DNA of 63,120 bases, the filler included, from Octopus bimaculoides (taxonomy: Eukaryota), in the NCBI RefSeq assembly GCF_001194135.2. It is 8 parts of 8 records of this genome, joined end to end, with 100 filler letters (N's around TTAATTAATTAA, not from the genome) between each part and the next. Parts side by side here need not be neighbours in the genome. Positions count along the whole stretch, not along the records: positions 1 to 15,692 come from NC_068999.1; positions 15,793 to 27,420 come from NC_068988.1; 6 more parts are not named here. One strand, given 5' to 3'. Below, one piece after another: positions 13,869-24,074 of this stretch (the stretch's first letter is position 1; each line of letters starts with the position of its first letter). The notes below the pieces were generated by a model. It searched no databases. It was not told the origin of the DNA and saw only the letters and a program-made list of their open reading frames with translations. Made by a program: the position numbers and the translations under genes.

Positions 13869-15106
13869 GTGTATCTGTGTGCGTATTTGCGTGTGTCTTT
13901 GTGAGTGTGTGTGTGTGGGTGTCTGTGTGTGTGTTTGCTTATGAAATTCTGAAATTCTTCTGAATATTTTTTTAAGAAATATATATATAACTTTTGTGGA
14001 ATATTTTTCAAAAATGTTTGTGAATATATAAATACATACATACTCTCACACACACACACACACACACACACATGCACACAAGCATACACACGCACACATA
14101 GACACATATTTAGTTATCATAACGGACAAATACAAACATACACTCAAACACATAAATATTAAAATACATACATGCATACATACACACATGTATAGATGTA
14201 TACATGTATATATATATATATATANNNNNNNNNNNNNNNNNNNNNNNNNNNNNNNNNNNNNNNNNNNNNNNNNNNNNNNNNNNNNNNNNNNNNNNNNNNN
14301 NNNNNNNNNNNNNNNNNNNNNNNNNNNNNNNNNNNNNNNNNNNNNNNNNNNNNNNNNNNNNNNNNNNNNNNNNNNNNNNNNNNNNNNNNNNNNNNNNNNN
14401 NNNNNNNNNNNNNNNNNNNNNNNNNNNNNNNNNNNNNNNNNNNNNNNNNNNNNNNNNNNNNNNNNNNNNNNNNNNNNNNNNNNNNNNNNNNNNNNNNNNN
14501 NNNNNNNNNNNNNNNNNNNNNNNNNNNNNNNNNNNNNNNNNNNNNNNNNNATATATATATATATATATATATATATACACCCACATACATATAAGTAATG
14601 TATATCTATGTTTCTGTGTTTCTGTTTAGGAATTGCGTACGTGCATTTGTCGTGTAGTGTGAATTTTTCTAAAGCAGTCGTTGCTTAATTAGAAGCAAAG
14701 TTATTTGTCATGTGGAGACAATTACATTGCATAGAATTATACACAGTTGTACGTCTGACTGCCGGACTGTCTGTATGTCTGTCTATCAGTCACTCAGTCT
14801 GGCTGACTGGCTGACTGCACGTCTGGCTGTGTGCCTGACTGGCCGCATCAATGTCACTCCCTTCGACTGTCTGTCTAAATGTCACTTTTCACTATATGTA
14901 TGTAATTGTTATGTGTGTATGCATGTATGTATGTATCTATATATGCGTGTATGCATGCTTGTATGTATGTATCTTTGCACGCACACATGTATATATGACT
15001 ATATGAATGTGTGTTTGTATGTATGTGTTTATGAATAATATGTACATATTCAAGAGTCTGTATGTGCATACATAGACATATGTAGGTATACACCAGTGTA
15101 TGTCAA

Positions 15107-15139
<33 letters not shown>

Positions 15140-15661
15140 ACGCGTGTGTGTAAGTGTGTATTTTGTTATTGTTTATGTCTACTTAATATTCATTTATTCC
15201 TCTGGTTAATAATGGAATACTTTTTTAAAGAATTATATTTTGCAATATTCCACTAGTTATAGGAGACTGAAGAATTCGTATTTGGTTGTCCGTGAAGGAG
15301 AGAGAGAAAGAGGGATAGAAATAGGGAGAGGGTGTTTGTATGTGTAAATAGGACTTTTTCCTTGTGACTACGTGTGTATAACCAGACATTTATATATGCG
15401 TTTAAACGGCTATACATACATGCATATATACACATATACATATATATACTTGCATGCATATATAAAAGTACATATACATATGAGTGTGTATTTGTATCTA
15501 TGACCGTGCGTGCTCGAATATGTGTGTACTTGCTACTATTCGAGTACTGGTCTGCGGATAGGTATTTCTTTGTGTGTGTGTGTGTGTGTGTGACTTTGTG
15601 TGTGTGTGTGTCTTTGTGTGTGTGTAACTTTGGGTAGATAGTTACAGATATAGATCGATAA

Positions 15662-15692
<31 letters not shown>

Positions 15693-15792
15693 NNNNNNNN
15701 NNNNNNNNNNNNNNNNNNNNNNNNNNNNNNNNNNNNTTAATTAATTAANNNNNNNNNNNNNNNNNNNNNNNNNNNNNNNNNNNNNNNNNNNN
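15693..15792. other. Artificial assembly linker 44N-TTAATTAATTAA-44N (first of seven)
   Basis: Identical 100-bp structure at 15693, 27421, 37632, 47274, 53004, 59661 and 61925. The palindromic 12-mer places TAA stops in all six frames. Confidence 0.95.
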
Positions 15793-16086
15793 ATATATAA
15801 AGGAAAAGAGAGAGTGATTTTGACAAAGTTCTCATATACTTATAAACCTCGTTGCTTGAGAATTTCAATCTACGGGTATTTTCCTGTACAATTAATGGAC
15901 ATTCTAATAATTGGTCTTAATCAGATGGTAGGAGGGCTCGTTATGAGACACCGAGTCTTGTTTATACAGGAAATATGAAACTCTGAGTAACACTGTATTG
16001 ATCCTCGTATGACATTATATGTTTAAATACTGCTGTATGTGTATAACAATCCCCTAATGTTTACATTTCTTCTTTTCGTTTTTTAG

Positions 16087-16152
16087 GTGGAAACTTCATT
16101 GAATGCCAGTACCAAGTCTGCTAAGCGATGTGTGTGGCAAGCAAAGAAGAAG
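16087..16152 (+). CDS. Sema2a: Semaphorin (class-2-like) Sema-domain exon A, 66 nt, phase 0-0
   Basis: Pyrimidine-rich acceptor tttcttcttttcgttttttag and donor AAG|gtgagt. Only frame 0 is open: VETSLNASTKSAKRCVWQAKKK. Joined to exon B it gives the C-x10-C motif of Sema domains. Exact paralog is not established. Confidence 0.82.
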
Positions 16153-16283
16153 GTGAGTGGATGGGCTTAGTCTCACTTTAGTGTAATTTCTGAAATTCTG
16201 TGTCTCTTAGAAGCTTCTTGAGTAAATTATGATTGCTATTCAATTAATGTGTTTGAAATGGTGAATTACACTATGACACATAG

Positions 16284-16629
16284 GGTAAAGGGTAAAGACC
16301 CGCTTTTGTCATGAATGACCCTGGGATTACACCTAGAAAGTTCCCCTCCAAAGCATAAGTCTGGGCGAGGTTGTTTGTGGAAGACCAGCAGTCGCCCATG
16401 CTTATCAGCCTCTCCTTTCCATGCCACCAATGTTATCCATGGGAAAGCTAATGCCAGTACAGCTTGGCACGAGTGACGTCGCAGCTCATTTCTGCAGCTG
16501 AGTGAACCGGAGCAACATGAAATTAAGTATGTTGCTCAAGAACACAACACACAGCCCGGTCTGGGAATCGAACTCACAACCACAAGATTGTAAGCCTGAT
16601 AATCTAACCACTGAGCCATGCACCTTCAC
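16284..16629 (-). mobile_element. SINE family D
   Basis: tRNA-like head (gtgaaggtgcatggctcagtggttag..gagttcgattccc on minus). Body shared with 21005-21352. Confidence 0.85.
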
Positions 16630-16918
16630 TGCTAGAAGCTGCAAGGTTGCATAACTGAAAAAGCTGGTTTCTAAGTGTATGACACATAGCGAGCCTTTAA
16701 TTTATGGTTGTATCCCTAAGATAAGCCTATTTCAAGGTACAGTCCTCGTTGCAATGTGGTGGCTCAACAACCCTCAATGAATGCTATACCAGCAGAGCAC
16801 ATATTGTTTATCCTTGTACTGTCTATGTATTCATAGACAATGTTGATTGCATTGTGTGGTGTTGAAGGAGATAGCCTCATTATGAAATTTGTTAGCCATC
16901 AGTGGGAAATGTATCATT

Positions 16919-17269
16919 TGAACGTGATCGTTACCAGCATCACCTTACTGGCACATGTGCTGGTGGCATGTCAACAAAACATTCGAGCGAGGTTGTTGCT
17001 AGTGCCGCTAGACTGACTCTTGTGCAGGTGGCACGTAAAAACACTATTTGAGTGTGGCTGTTGCCAGTACCGCCAGACTGGCCCTCGTGCCAATGGTATG
17101 TAAAAGCACCCATTACGCTCTTGGAGTGGTTGGTGTTAGGAAGGGCATCCAGCTGTAGAAACTCTGCCAGATCAGATTGGAGCCTGGTGCAGCCATCTGG
17201 TTCACCAGTTCTCAGTCAAATTGGCCAACCCATGCTAGCATGGAAAGCGGACATTAAACGATGATGATG
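16919..17269 (+). mobile_element. Retroposon family E (RTE-3'-like/SINE) with (GAT)n tail and about 21-bp TSD
   Basis: Ends aagggcatccagctgtagaaac..catgctagcatggaaagcggacattaaacgatgatgatg. atcagtgggaaa-xx-tatcatt is repeated at 16898-16918 and 17270-17290. Confidence 0.8.
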
Positions 17270-17709
17270 ATCAGTGGGAAACTTATCATTATTTATTTAC
17301 CCTTAGTAGATCCTTCTTTTAGCACCCTGTACACATAAATTTCTGCTTTGAGTCAAATGACCAGAAGGTTGGGCTTCTATACCCACATACCAATTAGGCC
17401 ATGTGTTCAATTTTTTCTGCAGCTAAATTTTTATGCCCTTTAGTGCAGCGGCGTAGCTAGAATGGGTACCAGCAAGGGCAGCCCTTGAGTGAGCAATCCT
17501 ACACCTATCCATGTGCCTCCAAGTCTATACAGGCTTAGAAAGCAAACCCAAAAGTGTCACCCAGGATGCACAGACCCCTTGCACCCCGTCCTCTTGCTGC
17601 TCTACTACTTTAGAGAAACATACAGCTGCTGTTGATTCAGTTTACCTACGTGACAACTAAGTATCCTTCTCAAATAATAAATATATGGTTTCCCATAGGA
17701 AGAGGATCT

Positions 17710-18097
17710 GTTGTTGTTGGCACTCCATCGCTTACAACGTCGAGGGTTCCAGTTGATCAGATCAACGGAACAGCCTGCTTGTGAAATTATCGTGCAAGTG
17801 GCTGAGCATTCCACAGACACGTGTACCCTTAACGTAGTTTTTGGGGATATTCAGCATGACACAGTGTGACAAGGCTGACCCTTTGAATTACAGGTACAAC
17901 GGAAACAGGAAGTAAGAGTGAGAGAAAGTTGTGGTGAAAGAATACAGCAGGGTTCGCCACCATCCCCTGCCGGAACCTCGTGGAGCTTTAGGTGTTTTCA
18001 CTCAATAAACATTCACAATGCCCGGTCTGGGAATCGAAACCGCGATCCTATGACCGTGAGTCCGCTGCCCTAACCACTGGGCCATTGCGCCTCCACT
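17710..18097 (-). mobile_element. SINE family C, full length, with perfect 12-bp TSD
   Basis: tRNA-like head (gtggaggcgcaatggcccagtggttagg..ggtttcgattccc on minus), (CAA)n tail, and ggaagaggatct duplicated at 17698-17709 and 18098-18109. Confidence 0.9.
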
Positions 18098-18519
18098 GGA
18101 AGAGGATCTAGATGCAATAAAAACTTCTCCAAGCCATAGGTAAATGTAAGAGCATTGTGGTTTGCTCAAAACATTGTAATGATGGATTAGAATAACAAAT
18201 GACATGAGAAATAAGAAAATCTTGTGACAATGCAGAAAGTTTTGAAAACCTTTCTATTTCGGATGCAAAGGCCCTTCTTTAGAAGAATACAGTCAAAGAA
18301 ATGAGTATTTACCTAGATCTTGCCATTTTGAATAGTCTAAATTCTCTGCATTGTCAGAAGCTTTCCTTATTTCTCATTCCATTTATTATTCTACTCGTGT
18401 AAATGCAAGTTTTAAAAATGAAAATAGTCCGACTTACTCTTGCATGTGTGCTTTATTGATAAATAATAACAACAATAATAATAATAATAATAATAACAAC
18501 AATAATGATAATAAAAGCC

Positions 18520-19638
18520 AATGACAATGCATGGTGCCCTCCACCCTAAGGAGAATGTACACAGGCTCTACACGAAGAGGGGTAAAGGTGGATGTTGGCT
18601 GATTAGTCTACAGGAGTGCATCAATATTGAAAGAAGAAACATGGCAGAATATTTGTTAAACAGCAAAGAAGACTTGCTACAGTATACTGCTAAAACAGAA
18701 GGATTTACCAAAAAATGGACTTGAGGGTGCTCATGAATCTGATCACAAACAGCCAGTGAGGGAGAAGAAACCTTACTCCATATGGAATTACATGGTCAGT
18801 TTCACTGTGAAACCAATAAATTAAAAGACCAGGAAGCATGATAGAGGTGGCTCAACAAGGGTGACCTAAAAAAGAATACTGAAAGCCTAATCATCGTGGC
18901 CCAGGACCAGGCATTGAATACCAACTCAGTGAAAAAGAATATATACTACACAAGTGCATCGGACCTCTGCAGAATGTGTGGGAAGAGGGTCGAAAGTGTG
19001 ACTCACATTGTTAGTGCTTGTGAAAATCTTATGCAGAAAAAGTACAAGCATAGATCCAACAAGGTAGACCAAAACCACCACAGGCTTCTATGCCATAAGG
19101 ATGGATATAAGGTACCGGGTGCTTGGTACCAGCATATACCAGAAAAGGTAATGGACAAGAAGGAGAAGGTAAAAATCCTGTGGTAATTTGACTTCCAGAC
19201 AGACAAGGTGTTAGAGCACTGAAGGCCAGATATAGTAACCTTCAGGAGGGACAAACAAGAGTGCCAAATTATCGACGTGGCAGTGTCAGGAGATCGACAT
19301 ATTATCAGGAAAGAAAGAAAAAAGATTGATAAACATGGAGACCAGAGAATTGAGATCGCTAAGGTGTGGTAGCTACAAGAGTCAAATATAAAGATTGTCC
19401 CTATTGTCATCAGAGCATTGGGTTCAGTACCACTCAACCTGAAAAAAACAACTGGAAACTTTAGAAATACCATACAATCTGGATGTATTACAAAAATTGG
19501 CATTACTTGGAACTGCAGGCATATTGTGCAAAGTACTGTCTGTCTGAGGTTTTTGTGATTTGACAGACAGTACAAACCCCCAGTAGGCACAATATCTTCA
19601 AGCAACAACATCATGATATTGGATACTGTGTGACGTCT
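18520..19638 (+). mobile_element. 5'-truncated, degraded R4/Dong-clade non-LTR retrotransposon (RLE type)
   Basis: Translates, with stops and frameshifts, to LHPKENVHRLY..GG..LISL, AQDQALNTN, zinc knuckle CRMC..ESVTHIVSAC, KILW*FDFQTD..RPDIV..IIDVAV (PD..D endonuclease), VPIVIRALG, LLGTA. Flanked on both sides by (TAA)n. Confidence 0.9.
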
Positions 19639-19676
<38 letters not shown>

Positions 19677-19677
<1 letters not shown>

Positions 19678-20100
19678 GGCTACAGCAAATAATCTGCTCA
19701 ATACCACAGAATTGCTTGTCTGTTGTTTGACCTTAACCAGTTGAGCATATCTCTTGGTGGCTGATGATATGTGCATCTCTGATCACAAGGAGTAGTAGGG
19801 GAGCATCATAGCAATGTATTGAAAATAATTCTTTGGGGTTTGGATAATTCACCTCTGGAAACATGGGTGTTTTGTTCATCATCCTTAAACAACCCTTATT
19901 CAGGGACCTTTTGAGTGGGATGGGCAACTCAGCCAGATGATAATTTAACGAGGCCCCCACCAGCAAGGCCAATGTACTGTTTATCTTGATGTGAGATCAC
20001 CTGGTGTACCCTTATCCGACAGGTAGTCATGATGGGTATATTGGACTTCATATATTTTACCCCAGTGTCATTTTGATGGCATGCATTGCTCTCTCACTCA
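19677..20100. mobile_element. About 420-bp non-coding interspersed element bounded by (TAA)n
   Basis: Complex, more GC-balanced block with sharp (TAA)n boundaries at both ends and no ORF. Resembles a repeat recalled from octopus sequence (unverified). Confidence 0.5.
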
Positions 20101-20112
20101 ATAATAATAATA

Positions 20113-20322
20113 TTTCTACTACAGACACAAGGCCTGAAATTTGGGGTGGGGCATAGTCAATTACACCCACTCCAGTACATGACTGGTACTTAATTTATTA
20201 ACCCCCAAAAACATGAAAGGCAAAGTCAACTTCAGTGGAATTTGAACTCAGAATGTAAAGACAGACAAAATGCTGGAAGGCATTTTGCTTGGCATGGTAA
20301 CTATTCTGCTAGTTTGCCGCCT
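20113..20322 (-). mobile_element. SINE family A
   Basis: Reverse-complement match to 12321-12534, embedded in (TAA)n. Confidence 0.8.
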
Positions 20323-21004
20323 TAAACAATAATAATAACAATAATAATAATGATGATAATAATTATAAATGTGGTTCATTTAACTATTTACATCTTTCTG
20401 CTCTCTTTACGAGACAGAATTTTTATATAAGCAGTTCCCCTCCCATTTCTAGGGTTAATTAAATGAGCCATCTGTGCCCTATTTAAGTAACACACAGGAC
20501 TTGCTTTTAAATAGATAAATAGGAAAACTTTTTTTCTAAAACTACATCCAGACACTGCCAAAAATAATGGGGTTAATTTAATTAATCACATCTGTCCCCT
20601 TTACTGATACAGAATTTGTATGTCTCTGAATATATATATAAATAGTTATAACACTCACCAAAAAGACATAAAAAAAATAAAGGAGGTTTCTAGGGGTGGA
20701 TTAATGAACTACATGTGCCTTCTGTGCAGAACACAGAATCTGTGTTATGGGCTCCTTTATGAGACTGCGTGACTTATCTGCTAAAAATAGTAGCCAAATA
20801 TGCTTAGAATCCAACCTTTATTTTTGACCCTTTGCTTGTCCTGTATATCACGTGTGATAGATAGAAATTGTTCCCTGGTGTCTATGCATCACATATGATA
20901 CATACTCCCTATTTCTTTCAACCACAGGAATAATTTGGGACTTAAGAAAGGAAAGATTTATATTACTAATGGCTCTGCCAGCGCACCACCTCATAATAAA
21001 ATAC

Positions 21005-21352
21005 AGGGTTAAGTGTAAGGACCCCTACCCTTCGGTCATGAATGACCATAGGATTGCACCAAGAAAGTTTCCCTCTGAAGCATAAGTCCAGGCAAAGTTG
21101 TTTATGGAAGACCCGCAGTCGCCATTACATACCAGCCTTCCTTCTCCGCACCTCTAATGTCACCAAAGGCAAAGGGGCCGATCCACTTTGGCACCAGTCA
21201 TGCCGCAACTCATTTCTACAGGTGAGTGAATTATAGCAACGTGAAATAAGGTGTCTTGTATAAGAATTACAACACAGTCCAGTCTATGAATTGAACTCAC
21301 TACCTCACCATTGCAAGCCCGATGCTCTAACCACTGACCCACGTGCCTTCAC
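21005..21352 (-). mobile_element. SINE family D with 8-bp TSD
   Basis: Homologous to 16284-16629. ataaaata is repeated at 20996-21003 and 21353-21360. Confidence 0.8.
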
Positions 21353-21802
21353 ATAAAATAATGTAATAATATAACAATTCATCTGACTCATGTCAGTATG
21401 GGAAAATGGACGTAAAATAATGATGTAACATGTGTTGCTATAAATCAAACACCATGAAGTATTGTTTGTTGTTTATAGAAGTTGTTTATTTTAGATGTTT
21501 ATTTTGTTTTTGTATTTGCTTTGCAAGACTGTTGATGTGAACCTATGTGTTGAAATAGATTTTGTTGTATCTTGTGAGGGTCATTGTGTACACACTGGTT
21601 CCATTTCACTTCTTTTACTACTACTACTATTACTATTATTATTATTATTGTTCAGTAGTTTTATTTTTATAACGTGCTTTCACTTCACTACCGAGCGCAG
21701 CTCTGTGCGCCTTGGGTATGTGCTATTATTATCATTATTATTATTATTATTATTATTATTGCTATTATTATTATTATTATTGTTGTTGTTATTGTCATTA
21801 TT

Positions 21803-22016
21803 AAGCAGTGAGGTGGCAGAATCGTTAGCGTGCCAGGTAAAATGCTTAGTGGCATTTCGTCCATCTTTACGTTCTGAGTTCAAATACCGCCGAGGTCGAT
21901 TTTGCTTTTCATCCTTTCAGGGTCAGTAAATTAAGTACCAGTGAAACACTGGGGTCGATGCAATCAACTAGCCCACTCCCCCAAAATTTCAAGTCTTGTG
22001 CCTATAGTAGAAAGGA
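21803..22016 (+). mobile_element. SINE family A
   Basis: Match to 12321-12534, flanked by (TTA)n on both sides. Confidence 0.85.
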
Positions 22017-22488
22017 TAATTATTATTATTTTTATTATTAGACAACTAATTAACCAATTAACTAATTGATTGCTTGATAAATCGATTGGTCAATCAATCA
22101 ATCAATCAATCAGCTTGGTTTGTTAAAGTCTTTTTGTCACCATTTTTGATCTCCTCAATAACATGTCCATCTCTAGCAGACCCAGAGCAAAGGAGGCATG
22201 TGATTGATGAGGTCAGAAATGATTAAAGGTGATAAAAAGATTTTGACTAACTCAGCTGATTGAGTGGTCAAATAATTAATCAAAGAATCAAAGAATCAAT
22301 TAGCTTATTGGTTAAATGGTTAACCAGTTGACTAGTAAAACTAAAGAAGCGAATTCGAACCAGTGTGTGTGTTTTTATGGGGATAGTGACCCTTCCAAGA
22401 CACAGCAAAAACATGCTTATTACTTTTGTATCTTTTATAAATACTTCTGTTCTCTTATTTGAAATCTATTCTTATGTTTTCTTCTTAG

Positions 22489-22590
22489 ATGCCAGATTGT
22501 CAAAATCACATTCGGTTAATAGCGCGGAATGGAACTACTCTGTTGGTATGTGGTACTGGTGCTTACCAACCAACGACTTATCATTTAGAT
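22489..22590 (+). CDS. Sema2a: Semaphorin (class-2-like) Sema-domain exon B, 102 nt, phase 0-0
   Basis: Acceptor cttatgttttcttcttag and donor GAT|gtaagt. Translation MPDCQNHIRLIARNGTTLLVCGTGAYQPTTYHLD matches the semaphorin signature C-x-N-[YH]-[IV]-R...L-x-V-C-G-T-x-A-[FYH]-x-P. Confidence 0.9.
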
Positions 22591-22849
22591 GTAAGTTTCC
22601 TTTTATTTCTTGCATATTACAATTGCTTTAATTTGTTCACATTATCTTAGTAAACTCATAAAGAAATACACGTGGACTGCCTCATCTTGTCAGATGATAG
22701 CCATCTCACATTCAGAAATTATAGTGAGACATTTGTACATCATTAAATTTAAGTAACAAAAGCTTGGATAACCTGCAAAATTACTGGTACTGTTTTCACT
22801 GCAAGTTTTATATCACAGTATCTCCGCTACACATTTTTTTTCTCCCTCC

Positions 22850-23005
22850 ATTTTTTCGTTCTTTCTCCATTGTTTTTCCTCTCGATTCTTTCTGTCGAAG
22901 AGCGTAGGCTCGAAATGTCAAAGACATTCTCATTCTTCCCGAGTGTTAAACTAATACACCTGCTTGTTGTTCCTTCACCTGTCTTTGTCTTTTGTTTACT
23001 GTTAA
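22850..23005 (+). mobile_element. Solo Penelope-like terminal repeat (pLTR) fragment
   Basis: Pyrimidine-rich repeat containing a minimal hammerhead-like motif (22887-22924). Assignment is by architecture only. Confidence 0.5.
22887..22924 (+). ncRNA. Minimal type-I hammerhead ribozyme-like motif (variant core)
   Basis: TCTTT-CTGTCGA-A-GAGC(GTAG)GCTC-GAAA-TG-TC-AAAGA: helix I TCTTT/AAAGA, stem II GAGC/GCTC, GAAA, and a GTC cleavage triplet. The core differs from CTGANGA at position 6. Confidence 0.5.
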
Positions 23006-23559
23006 TTTGAAAAATCTCTTAAAAGAGCTGCTTTTCCTCCAACTGTCTTGTCAAAAAATAAGTGAAGCCTGCTCCTCTCCTGGGAAAATTTATTTAGAGC
23101 AATAGATTGGACCATGAGAGGTGCTACCATTGCAGGTTACAACAGGCCTGGGAGAAATGGTAACTAAGAGGTGACTCCATACGCTCTTCACAATTCCAGA
23201 ACTCGCAGACTGGAACCTCACAACCAGATGCAGTTTTAAGTCATAGCCAGAACATAAATACATTCATACCAGGGTCCTATATTCCGAGTGCACTAGATCT
23301 GGGTTGCATACCCATTGAAAATGACAGATTCATTATAAAATTATAAATGTTCACCTCGCTCATTAATTTAAACCCAAATCTTAATGGAAAACTTTTGTTA
23401 TACCACTGCTTGAAATTTGGTGGCATTGAGTATGGTACCACACCCACCACAACAACCACCATACACCACTGGTTCATACATCCCCTGACTGACATGCACA
23501 TCCCCATTCTTTCATTTATACAGCCACATACATAGATAGATATTGGCACATGCATGGTC

Positions 23560-23715
23560 TTATAATAAGAAGGTTGATTACCAAGCACACGGTTTTCGCA
23601 TTCAGTCCTACTGCATGGCATCTTGGACAAGTGTCTTGTAATATAGCCCCAGGCTGGCCAAAGCCTTGCGAATACATTTGGTAGATGGAAGCTGAAAGCT
23701 GCCTATTGTCTGTAT
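23560..23715 (+). mobile_element. SINE family B, 5' part, diverged
   Basis: ttcagtcctactgcatggcatcttggacaagtgtctt..aaagccttg..tttggtagatggaagctgaaag. Confidence 0.7.
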
Positions 23716-23770
23716 GCCATTGTCATCATCATCATTTAATGTCCGTTTCCCATGCTGGCATGGATTGGAT

Positions 23771-23917
23771 GATTTGACCAGAGCTGGCCGAGGCTATAGT
23801 TGAAGATGATTTGACCGGAGCTGGCCGAGGCTATAGTTGAAGATGATTTGACTGGAGCTGGCCGAGGCTATAGTTGAAGATGATTTGACCGGAGCTGCCT
23901 GAGGCTATAGTAGAAGA
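23771..23917 (+). repeat. 37-bp tandem repeat x4 (chimeric unit)
   Basis: gatttgaccggagctggccgaggctatagttgaagat starts at 23771, 23808, 23845 and 23882, with no spacers. Confidence 0.92.
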
Positions 23918-24006
23918 CACTTGCCTAAGGTGCCATGCAATGGGACTGAACCTGGAACCATGTGGTTGGTAAGCAAGCTACTTACCACACAGCCACTCCT
24001 ATGCCT
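23900..24006 (-). mobile_element. SINE family B head
   Basis: Reverse complement of the 26440 head. Confidence 0.8.
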
Positions 24007-24015
24007 ATCAATCTG

Positions 24016-24074
<59 letters not shown>

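Noticed and set aside
23771-23917. CRISPR-like 37-bp repeats
   Set aside because: The units are directly adjacent with no unique spacers, derive from retroposons, and have no cas genes nearby in this eukaryotic context.
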